DNA of 64,000 nucleotides from assembly GCA_001029635.1 (NCBI GenBank), contig CP011209.1, positions 350,866 to 414,865 on the forward strand, given 5' to 3'. The position numbers and the translations under genes are program-made. Position 1 is the first letter of the stretch. Each line of letters opens with the position of its first letter. Of this stretch, positions 40,038-50,318 are shown one piece after another. Origin of the DNA: Candidatus Wolfebacteria bacterium GW2011_GWB1_47_1 (lineage in GTDB: Bacteria; Patescibacteriota; Minisyncoccia; UBA6257; UBA9933). The notes under the pieces were generated by a model, which searched no databases, had not been told where the DNA came from, and saw nothing but the letters and a program-made list of their open reading frames with translations.

Positions 40038-40085
40038 GGCGATTTTAGTGCAGTAAATAAGGTCTTTATGCTATACTATTATAGT

Positions 40086-41315
40086 ATGGCCGCAATAGAC
40101 AAGGAATCAATCGAAAAAATATTGAAGCAATCAGAAGACCAGATCTCTATTATCGATCTCGTGAAAGAGATCATTGAATTTGCGTACATCTCACGCGCAT
40201 CGGACATCCACCTTGACCCATTCGAGGATAAGCTGATCGTACGACTCCGTATCGACGGCGTCATGCACGACATGTTTCATATTCCGAAGAGTATTCACCC
40301 TGAGGTCATTAGCCGCATCAAGGTGCTTTCTGGATTGCGAACGGATGAACACCAGATTCCGCAAGATGGACGATTGCAGTTTCTTACGTCTGATAAGATT
40401 AAATTCGATATTCGTGTTTCTATCGTCCCGACGTATCATGAGGAAAATACCGTTATGCGTCTTTTGATTCAGGAAGGGCAAGCTGCTCGTGAACTCGAGA
40501 CTATGGGATTTTCTGACCGCGATCTCGCGGTCATCAAAAATGCGATCGCAAAACCATTCGGCATGTTGTTAATCACTGGGCCAACCGGTTCCGGAAAGAC
40601 GACTACGCTCTATACGCTGTTGAAGCGTCTCAATACGCCGGACGTTTCCATCATTACCATTGAGGATCCGGTAGAATTTTCACTTGAGGGAGTCGATCAG
40701 ATCCAGGTGAATTCACAGACCGGTCTTACCTTTGCTAATGGGTTGCGCGCCATCTTGCGTCAGGATCCGAATATCATCATGGTTGGAGAGATCCGAGATG
40801 AAGAAACGGCGGCTATCGCCGTCAACGCCGCGTTGACGGGTCACTTGCTACTTTCCACACTACACACTAATGACGCCGCAACGACATTACCTCGGTTGCT
40901 CGACATGGGAATCGAGCCGTTTTTGATCGCGTCAACCGTCAATATTGCTGTTGCCCAGCGCTTGGTTCGCAAGATCTGTCCCGTCTGTAAGCAAGAGAAG
41001 AATTATTCCGTTTCCGCACTTGAAACGCTTGGCGCCGCATTTCCTGCGGGTACGATTACAGCCGATATGGTCTTTTATGAAGGCACGGGATGTAAGACAT
41101 GCAACAATACCGGATATCTTGGCCGTCTTCCTATCTATGAGATCATGGACGGGACCGATGCGATCCGCGAAGCCATCATTGCCCGCTCAAGCGCCGCCGA
41201 CCTCAAGGCTATCGCTATGCACGAGGGGATGACCACCATGCTACAGGATGGCATCTATAAGGCATCACAGGGGCTCACTACCCTAGAAGAAATACTTCGC
41301 GTTATTCATGGATAA
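40086..41315 (+). CDS. pilB: Type IV pilus assembly ATPase PilB/GspE (short, lacks the N-terminal domain)
   Basis: ASDIH, GPTGSGKT, TIEDPVE, LRQDPNIIMVGEIRD, CxxC...CxxC. Confidence 0.88.
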   Translation: MAAIDKESIEKILKQSEDQISIIDLVKEIIEFAYISRASDIHLDPFEDKLIVRLRIDGVMHDMFHIPKSIHPEVISRIKVLSGLRTDEHQIPQDGRLQFLTSDKIKFDIRVSIVPTYHEENTVMRLLIQEGQAARELETMGFSDRDLAVIKNAIAKPFGMLLITGPTGSGKTTTLYTLLKRLNTPDVSIITIEDPVEFSLEGVDQIQVNSQTGLTFANGLRAILRQDPNIIMVGEIRDEETAAIAVNAALTGHLLLSTLHTNDAATTLPRLLDMGIEPFLIASTVNIAVAQRLVRKICPVCKQEKNYSVSALETLGAAFPAGTITADMVFYEGTGCKTCNNTGYLGRLPIYEIMDGTDAIREAIIARSSAADLKAIAMHEGMTTMLQDGIYKASQGLTTLEEILRVIHG

Positions 41316-42453
41316 TCAACTCCCTAACACAAGCTCAGCTCCCGAGGCGACCAAGCCGAAGGTTTCGGTTGGCGATTCTTTGAATCGCATGTTTTCGAAT
41401 GTGTTCACAAGCGTTTCGCTTGCCGAGCGCATTATGTTCGTAAAGCATATGTCCATGATGATTCATTCCGGCATGACGGAAGTGGAAAGTTTGCGTCTTA
41501 TTCGTAGCCAGATCCGCAGTAAGGGATTTTTGAAGATCCTCGACGATATCATCGGGAACATCGAAAACGGACAATCTCTTTCTGTTGCGCTGAGCCACTA
41601 CCGGAACGTATTCGGTGATCTGTTTATCAACATTATCAAGATCGGAGAGATCAGTGGAACATTATCGGAAAACCTCGATTATCTTGGTCTTGAAATGAAG
41701 AAGAGCCAGTCACTGCGCTCCAAGGTTCGCGGCGCACTTATTTACCCTGCAGTCATTTTGGCGGCAACTATCGGTGTGGTTGGTGGGTTGATTTTCTTTA
41801 TCCTGCCGAAGATCCTCCCAATTTTTAAAAGTTTAAAGGTCACTCTTCCTATTACGACGCGTGCATTGATGTATCTTTCTGATACGTTGCGATCGCACTA
41901 TATTCTTATCGGCCTGGGATTTATTCTTTTTATTATATGTTTGTTTGTACTCCGCTCGATCCCTACGACGCGTTATATTATGCATCGCATGCTATTGTCT
42001 ACGCCTATCTTCGGAACGATCTCGATCGGATTCAATATGGCAAATATGACCCGTATTCTTGGTATGCTACTTAAGAGTGGTGAGAAGATTGTGCAAGCGG
42101 TTTCGATCACGGCTGACGCATCATCCAATCTTGTGTATAAGAAGGCATTACGCGAGGCGGTTGTCGAGGTGCAGCGCGGCAAGACGCTGTACGCCTATTT
42201 TGAAGAACATGAACACCTGTTCCCTCCGACGGTCAGTCGCATGATCGAGGTAGGGGAGAAGACGGGAAATCTCGATAATAATCTTGCCTATCTTGCGGAA
42301 TTTTATGAGAACGAGGTCGATGAAGTGACTAAAAATCTTTCGGGTATCCTTGAACCTATTCTACTGGTTGTTATGGGGGTTGCGGTTGGGTTTGTGGCGT
42401 TGGCTATTATTACACCGATATATGGGATTACGCAGGGCCTTAAAACAAAATGA
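41308..42453 (+). CDS. pilC: Type IV pilus platform protein PilC/GspF
   Basis: Two GspF domains, GEISGTL, GEKTGNL, LEP. Confidence 0.88.
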   Translation: MDNQLPNTSSAPEATKPKVSVGDSLNRMFSNVFTSVSLAERIMFVKHMSMMIHSGMTEVESLRLIRSQIRSKGFLKILDDIIGNIENGQSLSVALSHYRNVFGDLFINIIKIGEISGTLSENLDYLGLEMKKSQSLRSKVRGALIYPAVILAATIGVVGGLIFFILPKILPIFKSLKVTLPITTRALMYLSDTLRSHYILIGLGFILFIICLFVLRSIPTTRYIMHRMLLSTPIFGTISIGFNMANMTRILGMLLKSGEKIVQAVSITADASSNLVYKKALREAVVEVQRGKTLYAYFEEHEHLFPPTVSRMIEVGEKTGNLDNNLAYLAEFYENEVDEVTKNLSGILEPILLVVMGVAVGFVALAIITPIYGITQGLKTK

Positions 42454-42565
42454 TGTATTATTGGTGAGCTGCTGTGTTGCGGGACCCCGGTACTTCAGTC
42501 GCCGTACTGGTAGTACGTCTTCTTCGTACCGCTCCCGCGCCTTGCACCTCACTTAATACTACATC
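42452..42565. repeat. Structured intergenic repeat, copy A
   Basis: Nested stems GTGAG/CTCAC, TGC/GCA, GCGGG/CCCGC, GGTAC/GTACC, CGTAC/GTACG. Confidence 0.8.
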
Positions 42566-42589
42566 GTTTTGACCGCTATATTTTAAAAT

Positions 42590-44362
42590 ATGAGAATGCG
42601 TCAATCTAAACATAATAGCGGCTTTACGCTCATTGAACTGCTTATCTCTACAACGTTGTTTGCCGTTATCGGTACATCGACGTATTTTGCATTCCAGAAT
42701 GTATTGGAAGCGATCTCACGTAGTCAAGTGCGGAGCGACGCCATTTCATTGATAAAAGGAGAGATCGAAACGGTGCGTAATATGCCGTATGTCGATGTGG
42801 GTATCGAAGGAGGGTATCCTGCCGGAAAGTTATTGGCAGATAAGACACTTGCCTTCAGCGGTAATTCTTTTAGGTTAAATACCTACGTCCGCAATATCGA
42901 TGATCCGTATGATGGGACGCTTGGCGGTATGCCGAACGACACAGCCCCTGCCGATTATAAGATTGTGGAATATCAAATCGAATGTACGACCTGCGGGCCG
43001 TTTGTACCGATCGCCATGACGACGACAGTTTCCGCCAAAGGACTTGAAAGCGCCAGTACGAATGGATCCTTATTTATTACTGTTTCCGATGCAAGTGGTA
43101 ACCCTGTTCCCGGGGCTAGTGTGCATGTGGTCAATTCGAAATTAAGCCCGACCATCACTATTGACGATATTACCAACACCGAGGGGATGTTGCAGCTTGT
43201 TGATATTCCGCCGAGCGTCACGGGATATGAAATCACCGTAACTAAGGCAGGCTATTCGACTGACAAAACGTACGATCTTACATTGCCGGGCAATCCCAAT
43301 CCATTGAAGCCGCATGCAACGGTTGCGACCCAACAGGTTACTTCAGTAAGTTTTTTTATTGATCGCGTTGGAACCATAAACGTCGCGGCTAAGGATAATC
43401 AATGTGCGCCGATACCCGGGCTTGGTTTTTCGCTTTCGGGGACTAAGCTTGTCGGGACCGGACCCGACGTTCTGAAGTATCCTGCCACGACATTCACAAC
43501 CGATACCGCAGGGGAAAAGACCATTTCTAATTTGGAATGGGATAGTTATACCATTGCTAGTATTGGAGCGCTTGAATTTACCGGGACGGTCCCGTTTGTT
43601 CCGTTCACATTGAATCCGGGAGTGACTATGGACGTAGCGCTGCTATTCGAGCCAAAGACAATTAAATCGCTTTTGGTTACTGTTGTCGATGATGTCAACC
43701 AGCCGGTCGACGGTGCGAGTATCCAATTAGTCAAGACGGGGGCCTACGATCAGACGCTGTATACGGCTCGACGCACTATCGGGCAGACCGATTGGGGTGG
43801 CGCGGATTATGCCGTGCAAAGTGGTGGGGTTGGGTATGATAGCCCGACAACCGAACTACAGGCGCATGCATCAGGTAGCGGTACTACGAGTACGGAATGG
43901 GTCGTATCGAATACGTATGATATGGGAACGAACAGCATAACCTACTATCATTTGCGATTTGATGCACAGCTGCAGCCGGCACATCCGAGTCCTGACGCGG
44001 TCCGTATTCAGATTGCGACTAATAATGATAATGCGACTTGGAATTTTGTCGGTCCTGATGGAACGGACAGTTCGTACTTTACGACGAGTAACGCGGTATT
44101 ACCCACGGTGCTTGACGGTAAGCGTTACCTGCGATATAAAATCGATTTTTATCTTGACGGAGAGACGACCGTTACTTCGTTCAAAGATATTGCGATTGAT
44201 TTCAGTTCGAGCTGTACTCCCACCGGACAGGCTTTGTTTAATGCGCTTGGGCCGGGAACCTATAGTATGACAATCAATAAGGCCGGGTTCCAAACATATA
44301 TCGATGCCTCGGTATCCATCAGTGAGGATTGGCAGCAGTATAAGGCGACGCTGACAAGATGA
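42590..44362 (+). CDS. Large prepilin-type protein with beta-sandwich (carboxypeptidase regulatory-like) domains
   Basis: SG|FTLIELL; ITVSDASGNPVPGASV; YEITVTKAGY. Confidence 0.8.
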   Translation: MRMRQSKHNSGFTLIELLISTTLFAVIGTSTYFAFQNVLEAISRSQVRSDAISLIKGEIETVRNMPYVDVGIEGGYPAGKLLADKTLAFSGNSFRLNTYVRNIDDPYDGTLGGMPNDTAPADYKIVEYQIECTTCGPFVPIAMTTTVSAKGLESASTNGSLFITVSDASGNPVPGASVHVVNSKLSPTITIDDITNTEGMLQLVDIPPSVTGYEITVTKAGYSTDKTYDLTLPGNPNPLKPHATVATQQVTSVSFFIDRVGTINVAAKDNQCAPIPGLGFSLSGTKLVGTGPDVLKYPATTFTTDTAGEKTISNLEWDSYTIASIGALEFTGTVPFVPFTLNPGVTMDVALLFEPKTIKSLLVTVVDDVNQPVDGASIQLVKTGAYDQTLYTARRTIGQTDWGGADYAVQSGGVGYDSPTTELQAHASGSGTTSTEWVVSNTYDMGTNSITYYHLRFDAQLQPAHPSPDAVRIQIATNNDNATWNFVGPDGTDSSYFTTSNAVLPTVLDGKRYLRYKIDFYLDGETTVTSFKDIAIDFSSSCTPTGQALFNALGPGTYSMTINKAGFQTYIDASVSISEDWQQYKATLTR

Positions 44363-44387
44363 TTTACGACCAACAACGTATAACGGA

Positions 44388-46037
44388 ATGCGAACATTTT
44401 TACTCATCATTGCTATAGGAACATTGATTATGACGCCGCTGCGTTCTTTTGCGGCGGAAGAAAAGTTTTTCGAATTCGCTACTGATGTCGGCGTGCCGAT
44501 TGAGATTCCGACCGGATCCATCGCGATCCAGGAATTCAAAGTCCATAATGATTATATCAATGCCATCGATCTTTGGTTCGATAATGCCGGATCTTCGGGG
44601 AGCGCGACAGTTACCTTTCTCGATTCTTCCAATGCCGTGCTGACATCTAAAAGCGTCACCATCGCCCCTAGCGATCCTTTTTACACAGGACAGCAATTGC
44701 ACGTCAGGTTTAGTAAGACGGTCGGCATCACGTCCGGTTCGTGGTATAAAATAAGGATCACGAGTAATGCACCCAAATTGCGGTTGTATGGCGTTAAGCG
44801 AGTTCAATTTGTCGAGCACGATGCACCGTATCCGATCGACAGCTCGGTTGGGGGTTCATCGGTGAACGGAGAATCGCAGATCGCGGTGTTTAAATTTGCG
44901 CTGTATGAAGAGACTGACGCTGAAGCCCCGATCATTACCAATGCAAGTTCCACGATCTCCGGTCCCGATACGATGCAAATCGCATTTAATGCGAACGAGC
45001 TTGTCGATCGCATGGTGTCTTATACACGTATTGGGTCGGGAATAGTGACCACGATCGGATATACCGGCAACTACTCCATTTGTTTTGAGGACATTTTTGC
45101 TTGCCCGCTTACGATTGATACCCAGCGAGATGCTCTATATACCTACCGATTGACCGTTCGTGACAGCTGGGGGAATGAAGCATTTTTTGACGGGGCATTC
45201 GAAAGTTGGAAGCCGGGCACTCCTGTCCCTCCGGCCGATCCCACCGTTCCCTTTGTGGCTCCTCCCGCAGAGGCGCCTTCATCACCGACTGAATCGCCTG
45301 TGGTTTCTGTAACGATCACCGATGCGCGCATTGTAGCGCTTGCCTATAATTCCGTGCAGTTGTCATGGAATACTAACAAGGCCGCCAATAGTTCATTGGT
45401 CGTCAGTACCGATCCTGTCGGTGCGCAGGTCGTTTCCACAGTCACTACAGGCGTATATGAATTGGTCCATACAATCTCGACAGGAAAGGGCATTGCTGCC
45501 GGAATTAATTATTATGCGACGATCATTTCTCGTGATGAGGCCGGCAGTATGGCTGCGCAGGTGCTTCCATTTACTGCTCCGAAGGCCGGTGCTGATGCAC
45601 CACCTGCCGTACCCGAAGGTTCTTCGACGCCAACAGAGACGTTGCAGACATCCGTATTGGGAGAACAGGGGCTTGTCTCCATTGTCTGGGATCCTCTTGT
45701 GGGTGGAGAACCGAGTAATGGGTATCGCATTGATATCATCGATGCGCAAGGAAATCTGATTGAATCGCGTACCGTTGCTCCGGGAACGTATGCGATCAAT
45801 GTGGACGGTCTTGCGGGTGGAGAATATCGCGTCCTTGTGTATGCCGATGAAAAAGGAGTGGTCGAAAAAGTTGCCGCACCCGCGACCGTTGTCATTCCAA
45901 AAAGAGCCGAGCCGATCGATACGTACGAACTAATCAAGCGACCGATCGTGTACATCCCATCCATTCTTTTTGCGCTGCTTATCCTGGGATTGGCTATCTA
46001 TAGCAGAGTACAAAAGAAAATACCCAATAAAAAATGA
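44388..46037 (+). CDS. Secreted surface protein with FN3-like modules, Pro-rich linkers and a C-terminal TM anchor
   Basis: Signal peptide, W...Y beta-sandwich patterns, C-terminal TM followed by a basic tail. Confidence 0.65.
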   Translation: MRTFLLIIAIGTLIMTPLRSFAAEEKFFEFATDVGVPIEIPTGSIAIQEFKVHNDYINAIDLWFDNAGSSGSATVTFLDSSNAVLTSKSVTIAPSDPFYTGQQLHVRFSKTVGITSGSWYKIRITSNAPKLRLYGVKRVQFVEHDAPYPIDSSVGGSSVNGESQIAVFKFALYEETDAEAPIITNASSTISGPDTMQIAFNANELVDRMVSYTRIGSGIVTTIGYTGNYSICFEDIFACPLTIDTQRDALYTYRLTVRDSWGNEAFFDGAFESWKPGTPVPPADPTVPFVAPPAEAPSSPTESPVVSVTITDARIVALAYNSVQLSWNTNKAANSSLVVSTDPVGAQVVSTVTTGVYELVHTISTGKGIAAGINYYATIISRDEAGSMAAQVLPFTAPKAGADAPPAVPEGSSTPTETLQTSVLGEQGLVSIVWDPLVGGEPSNGYRIDIIDAQGNLIESRTVAPGTYAINVDGLAGGEYRVLVYADEKGVVEKVAAPATVVIPKRAEPIDTYELIKRPIVYIPSILFALLILGLAIYSRVQKKIPNKK

Positions 46038-46645
46038 TGCAACAACGCACACCCAGATCGAATAGCGGGTTTACGCTTGTCGAGGTATTGATTAGCCTCG
46101 CCCTTTTTGCCGGTATTGCGCTTATTATCGGTACGTTCATGAAGTCTATTTTTGATTATCAGTTGCTTTTTACGCAACAGTTGACCGCACAGCAAGAGAT
46201 TGAAAATACATTTGCATCCATGATTCCCGAAATTCGATCGATGACCCCCTCTGCATTGGGCGGGTATGCCATCGGTCAGGTGTCGACGAGTTCATTGACG
46301 TTTTATGACGATATCGATATGGATGGCATCGCCGACCAGATCCGCTACTTTTTGAGCGGTACGACCCTGAAAAAAGGAGTCACCAAACCTACCGGAAATC
46401 CACTGATCTATATTGGTGCGAATGAGGTAGCGACTGACATGGCAATCAATGTTGTCCCCGGTGATCCAATCTTTACGTATTATGACCTGAATTTCACCGG
46501 CACCGAGCCGGCAATGTCCTACCCGATCATCATTTCCGATATCCGCTTAATCCGTATATCATTGACTGTTAAGGATCCGGATAAGACCGCCCCGCTTTCC
46601 GCGAGCATCGAGATCGTTCCGAGAAATTTGAGAACCAATTTATGA
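46034..46645 (+). CDS. Minor pilin (PilW/GspJ-like)
   Basis: SG|FTLVEVL. Confidence 0.8.
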   Translation: MMQQRTPRSNSGFTLVEVLISLALFAGIALIIGTFMKSIFDYQLLFTQQLTAQQEIENTFASMIPEIRSMTPSALGGYAIGQVSTSSLTFYDDIDMDGIADQIRYFLSGTTLKKGVTKPTGNPLIYIGANEVATDMAINVVPGDPIFTYYDLNFTGTEPAMSYPIIISDIRLIRISLTVKDPDKTAPLSASIEIVPRNLRTNL

Positions 46646-48201
46646 GCGATAACAAACAACCAACAACTTATAACCGACAACGGGGAAGAGAGGATAATCC
46701 GCAATCTGCAATCTGCAATCCGCAATACTCACTCTATTCCCGAGGACAACTTTCTATACAGGTATTGCTTTATGGGGCGATTACGATCCTTGCACTTACC
46801 GGATTTTTGACGTGGACTGATTCGGTGATTAATTCCGTCTATCGTGAGGCCGATCGCGCACAAGCGCTTTCGATCGCTGAAGCTGGTATTGAATACTATC
46901 GGTGGCATCTTGCCCATGCGCCAGAGGATTTTCAGGATGGTACCGGACAGCCTGGTCCGTATACGCATGAGTATATTGATCGGTCGGGCTCCGTTGTGGG
47001 TACGTATACGCTTGCCATCACTCCACCTATTCCCGGATCTACGGTCGTAACGATCGAATCTACGGGTGCGCTTGCTTCTAATTCTGACATCGAGAAGGTT
47101 GTGCGTGTACGTATGGGTATACCTTCTTTTGCAAAATATGCGGCAGTGCTTAACGCAAACGTACGTTTTGGACAGGGGACGGAGATATTTGGCGAAGTCC
47201 ATTCCAATGGAGGAGTGCGATTTGATGGTATCGCGCATAATCTTGTGACGAGTGCTCAAGATCAATATGATGATCCCGATCACACCGGACAGAAGGAATT
47301 CGGCGTGCATACCCACGTGAATGTCCCTCCTGCGACGGGTGTTACTGATACGGTGCGAACACTTGAATCTCCACCTGCCGCATCCATGGATCGTTCGGAC
47401 GTGTTTTTAGTTGGGCGGCAATTCCCTGTACCTGCGGTTGATTTTGCGGGCATTACAACCAATCTTTCCCAGATCAAGACCGATGCTCAAGCGAGTGGTT
47501 TTTATCGTCCTACATCGACCACCGGATTAGGATACGAGATTATTTTGAAGATTGATGACACGTTTGATCTCTATCGTGTTAATTCGCTCATCACTCCTCC
47601 AAGTAATTGTACAAATACTGCAGGACAGGACGGATGGGGGACTTGGAGCATTAATACTAAGACGCTTCTTGGGAACTACCCTATGCCTGCAAATGGTCTC
47701 ATTTTTATGGAAGACAATATCTGGGTCAGCGGACGGATTGATGGTGTTCGTGTTACGATCGCGGCTGCGCGATTTCCAGATAATGCCGTAACCAGACCAA
47801 GTATTACGGTAAACAGCGACCTCCTATATACCAGTTACACAGGGAATGATGTCATTTCGCTCATTGCACAAAAGAACATCAATATCGGTTTGATCAGTTC
47901 TGATATATTACGTATCGATGCGGCGTTAATGGCGCAAAATGGCCGTGTCGGCCGGTATTATTATCAGGGTCCGACGACGAGTCCAAACCGGACTAATTGT
48001 TCGCCAAATCATGCACGAACACAAATCACTTCGTATGGCATGCTGGGGTCTAATCAGCGATATGGATTTGCCTATACTGACTCCACCGGGTATGCAACGC
48101 GCAGTCTGATATACGACACCAACTTACTCTACGGGCCACCGCCTAGTTTCCCAATCACGACGGATGCGTACAAAATCGTTTCATGGGAAGAAATTAAGTA
48201 G
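46642..48201 (+). CDS. PilX-like minor pilin with a large C-terminal domain
   Basis: RG|Q hydrophobic segment lacking Glu5, ALSIAEAGIE, IESTG, terminal SWEEIK. Confidence 0.75.
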   Translation: MSDNKQPTTYNRQRGREDNPQSAICNPQYSLYSRGQLSIQVLLYGAITILALTGFLTWTDSVINSVYREADRAQALSIAEAGIEYYRWHLAHAPEDFQDGTGQPGPYTHEYIDRSGSVVGTYTLAITPPIPGSTVVTIESTGALASNSDIEKVVRVRMGIPSFAKYAAVLNANVRFGQGTEIFGEVHSNGGVRFDGIAHNLVTSAQDQYDDPDHTGQKEFGVHTHVNVPPATGVTDTVRTLESPPAASMDRSDVFLVGRQFPVPAVDFAGITTNLSQIKTDAQASGFYRPTSTTGLGYEIILKIDDTFDLYRVNSLITPPSNCTNTAGQDGWGTWSINTKTLLGNYPMPANGLIFMEDNIWVSGRIDGVRVTIAAARFPDNAVTRPSITVNSDLLYTSYTGNDVISLIAQKNINIGLISSDILRIDAALMAQNGRVGRYYYQGPTTSPNRTNCSPNHARTQITSYGMLGSNQRYGFAYTDSTGYATRSLIYDTNLLYGPPPSFPITTDAYKIVSWEEIK

Positions 48202-48319
48202 CGCGCAAATGCGCGGGTCATTCCGGTGGAGACAGGGGATTGTTGCCGGTAATATCATCTTATAGTATAATAATCAGTAAACGGAAAGGTCGAGGATTAT
48301 ATCATCATTTTCATCACCA

Positions 48320-48754
48320 ATGAACAAAGTTTTATCACGAAAAGGATTTACCTTGATCGAATTGCTCGTCGTTATCGGCATCATCGCGATCTTGGCTGGT
48401 GTGGTTATCGTCGCGCTTAACCCGGGACGACAGTTCGCACAGGCACGCAACACGCAGCGTTGGAGCAATGTAAATACCATCCTGAATGCAGTCAGTCAGA
48501 ATATGTCTGACAACAGGGGGAACTTTACATGCGCAGCCGGCATATTGCCTGCTACTAGTACCGAAATGGGAACCGCGGGATATGACATCGAAGGATGCAT
48601 CTCTCCGACCTACGTATCAGTCATGCCGACCGATCCGACCGCCGGAACTGCGGCGAATACCCATTATTATATTTCGTATAGCTCATCAACGCGTCGCGTC
48701 ACAATCAGTGCACCGGAGGCGGAGTTGAGTGAGTCTATTACGGTTACCCGCTAA
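48320..48754 (+). CDS. Type IV pilin, copy 1
   Basis: KG|FTLIELLVVIGIIAILAG...NP..QFAQARN.QR; two Cys; MPTDP. Confidence 0.9.
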   Translation: MNKVLSRKGFTLIELLVVIGIIAILAGVVIVALNPGRQFAQARNTQRWSNVNTILNAVSQNMSDNRGNFTCAAGILPATSTEMGTAGYDIEGCISPTYVSVMPTDPTAGTAANTHYYISYSSSTRRVTISAPEAELSESITVTR

Positions 48755-48756
48755 AA

Positions 48757-48881
48757 ATAGAACACTTTACTTGGCGAACTGCTATGTTACGGGTCCCAAT
48801 CGATTTGGTCGCAGTACTTCTGTATAGCTTCCGTATCGATCTTCCCGTGTCTTGTATTTCACTTAAGCAAATTCGATCTAT
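48757..48881. repeat. Structured intergenic repeat, copy B
   Basis: GAA/TTC, ACGGG/CCCGT, ATCGAT/ATCGAT, GG/CC, GTAC/GTAT. Confidence 0.8.
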
Positions 48882-48885
48882 GTAA

Positions 48886-48920
48886 TAAAAAAAATCGTCC
48901 TGTGAGGGGGCGATTTTTTA
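48886..48920 (+). terminator. Terminator between the two pilin genes
   Basis: AAAAAATCGTCC...GGGCGATTTTTT. Confidence 0.6.
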
Positions 48921-48998
48921 TGCGTTGGTGAAGTATGCGTAATGGAAAAAATAAACCACATATTCTATAATGTGAGTAATCAATTTTTATCGTCATTT

Positions 48999-49430
48999 AT
49001 GAAAAAAAATCTCACAAAAGGATTTACTTTGATCGAATTGCTCGTTGTTATCGGCATCATCGCGATCTTGGCTGGTGTGGTCATCGTCGCGCTCAACCCG
49101 GGACGACAGTTCGCACAGGCACGCAATACGCAGCGTTGGAGCAACGTGAATTCCATTCTTAATGCCATAAGTCAGAATATGGCGGACAATAAGGGTCTGT
49201 TTACTTGCGCTTCCGGCGCATTGCCGACTACCACGACAGAGATCGGGAGTGGCGTGTATAACCTTGAGCCGTGTATTTCGCCCGATTATATTTCTATTAT
49301 GCCGATGGATCCGACGGATGGCACCGCCATCAATACAGGATACTTCCTTTCCTATAGCACTACGACCAGGCGCGTGACCGTTGAGTCTCCCGGCGCAGAG
49401 CTGAGCGAGGTTATTAGTGTAATTCGATAA
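48999..49430 (+). CDS. Type IV pilin, copy 2
   Basis: N-terminal ~45 residues nearly identical to copy 1; divergent head. Confidence 0.9.
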   Translation: MKKNLTKGFTLIELLVVIGIIAILAGVVIVALNPGRQFAQARNTQRWSNVNSILNAISQNMADNKGLFTCASGALPTTTTEIGSGVYNLEPCISPDYISIMPMDPTDGTAINTGYFLSYSTTTRRVTVESPGAELSEVISVIR

Positions 49431-49431
49431 G

Positions 49432-49557
49432 GCAGAATATAGTTGCTTGGCGAATTGCTTCGTTACGGGGCCCAATCGATTTGGTCACGGTACTTTTGTA
49501 CAGCTTCCGTATCGATCTTCCCGTGTCCTGTATTTCATTTAAATAAATACGTTCTGC
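49432..49557. repeat. Structured intergenic repeat, copy C
   Basis: Core close to copy B; different outer stem GCAGAA/TTCTGC. Confidence 0.8.
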
Positions 49558-49679
49558 AACTGTAAAAATAGCTGTCAGCGCGCTCTTCTTGTTGATTGCG
49601 GTTTTTGTTGACTCCGTGGAGTTTTTGCGGTATGACTGAATCAGTAGTTTTATCTTCAGTTTTGAGGGAGGTGGTCTGC

Positions 49680-49961
49680 ATGGGGAGTCATTGTGGGAAA
49701 AAACGCAAACCCCTTACAAAGACCCAAGCACTTAAAATCCATGCAAAGGGACGGGCTAGTACGCGATATCATTTTGTGCTTACTCGCGAGGATATCCGAA
49801 CCCTTGTGAGAATGATCCAAGACGGGAAGGGAAGATTCATTGAAAAACAATCAAACCGGGTTACCCGGTGGAGTGTCGAGTATTGTGATATCACATGGAA
49901 CCTTGTTTATGACAAGATACGCCATACGCTTATCACCTGCCTGCCTCTCAAAAAGGAATGA
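49680..49961 (+). CDS. Small basic hypothetical protein
   Basis: GGGAGGT RBS, TTGACT promoter; HAKGRA..RY and VYD...LITCLP pattern. Confidence 0.6.
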   Translation: MGSHCGKKRKPLTKTQALKIHAKGRASTRYHFVLTREDIRTLVRMIQDGKGRFIEKQSNRVTRWSVEYCDITWNLVYDKIRHTLITCLPLKKE

Positions 49962-50034
49962 CGGATATGATCCGGGCTTTTTTGTTGATTTTATGCGGGA
50001 ATTGTGGGAAAATAGAGACCGTGGCGTCTTAATA

Positions 50035-50307
50035 ATGGCTAATGAGAAAAAAAGTACAATGGAGCCCCAAACTCCTTCGTGGCAACCGGGCATGCAGCTG
50101 TTTCTTAGGTTGAGCGGTTGGATCGGCTTCCCCGTGCTTATTGCGGTGGTTGTCGGCAACTATTTGGATACACTGTACCACACGGACCCGTGGCTTTTTT
50201 TATTGAGTGTGGGGATCGCATTTGTCGTCTCGACGTTTGCATTGATTCACTATGGGCTTAAAGAGATGAAGCGCATCGAGTCGGAATATCCCGATAAGCG
50301 CAATTGA
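50035..50307 (+). CDS. AtpZ/AtpI family protein
   Basis: Two TM segments, G.YLD..Y.T.PW; first gene of the atp operon. Confidence 0.8.
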   Translation: MANEKKSTMEPQTPSWQPGMQLFLRLSGWIGFPVLIAVVVGNYLDTLYHTDPWLFLLSVGIAFVVSTFALIHYGLKEMKRIESEYPDKRN

Positions 50308-50318
50308 TATATATCGAC

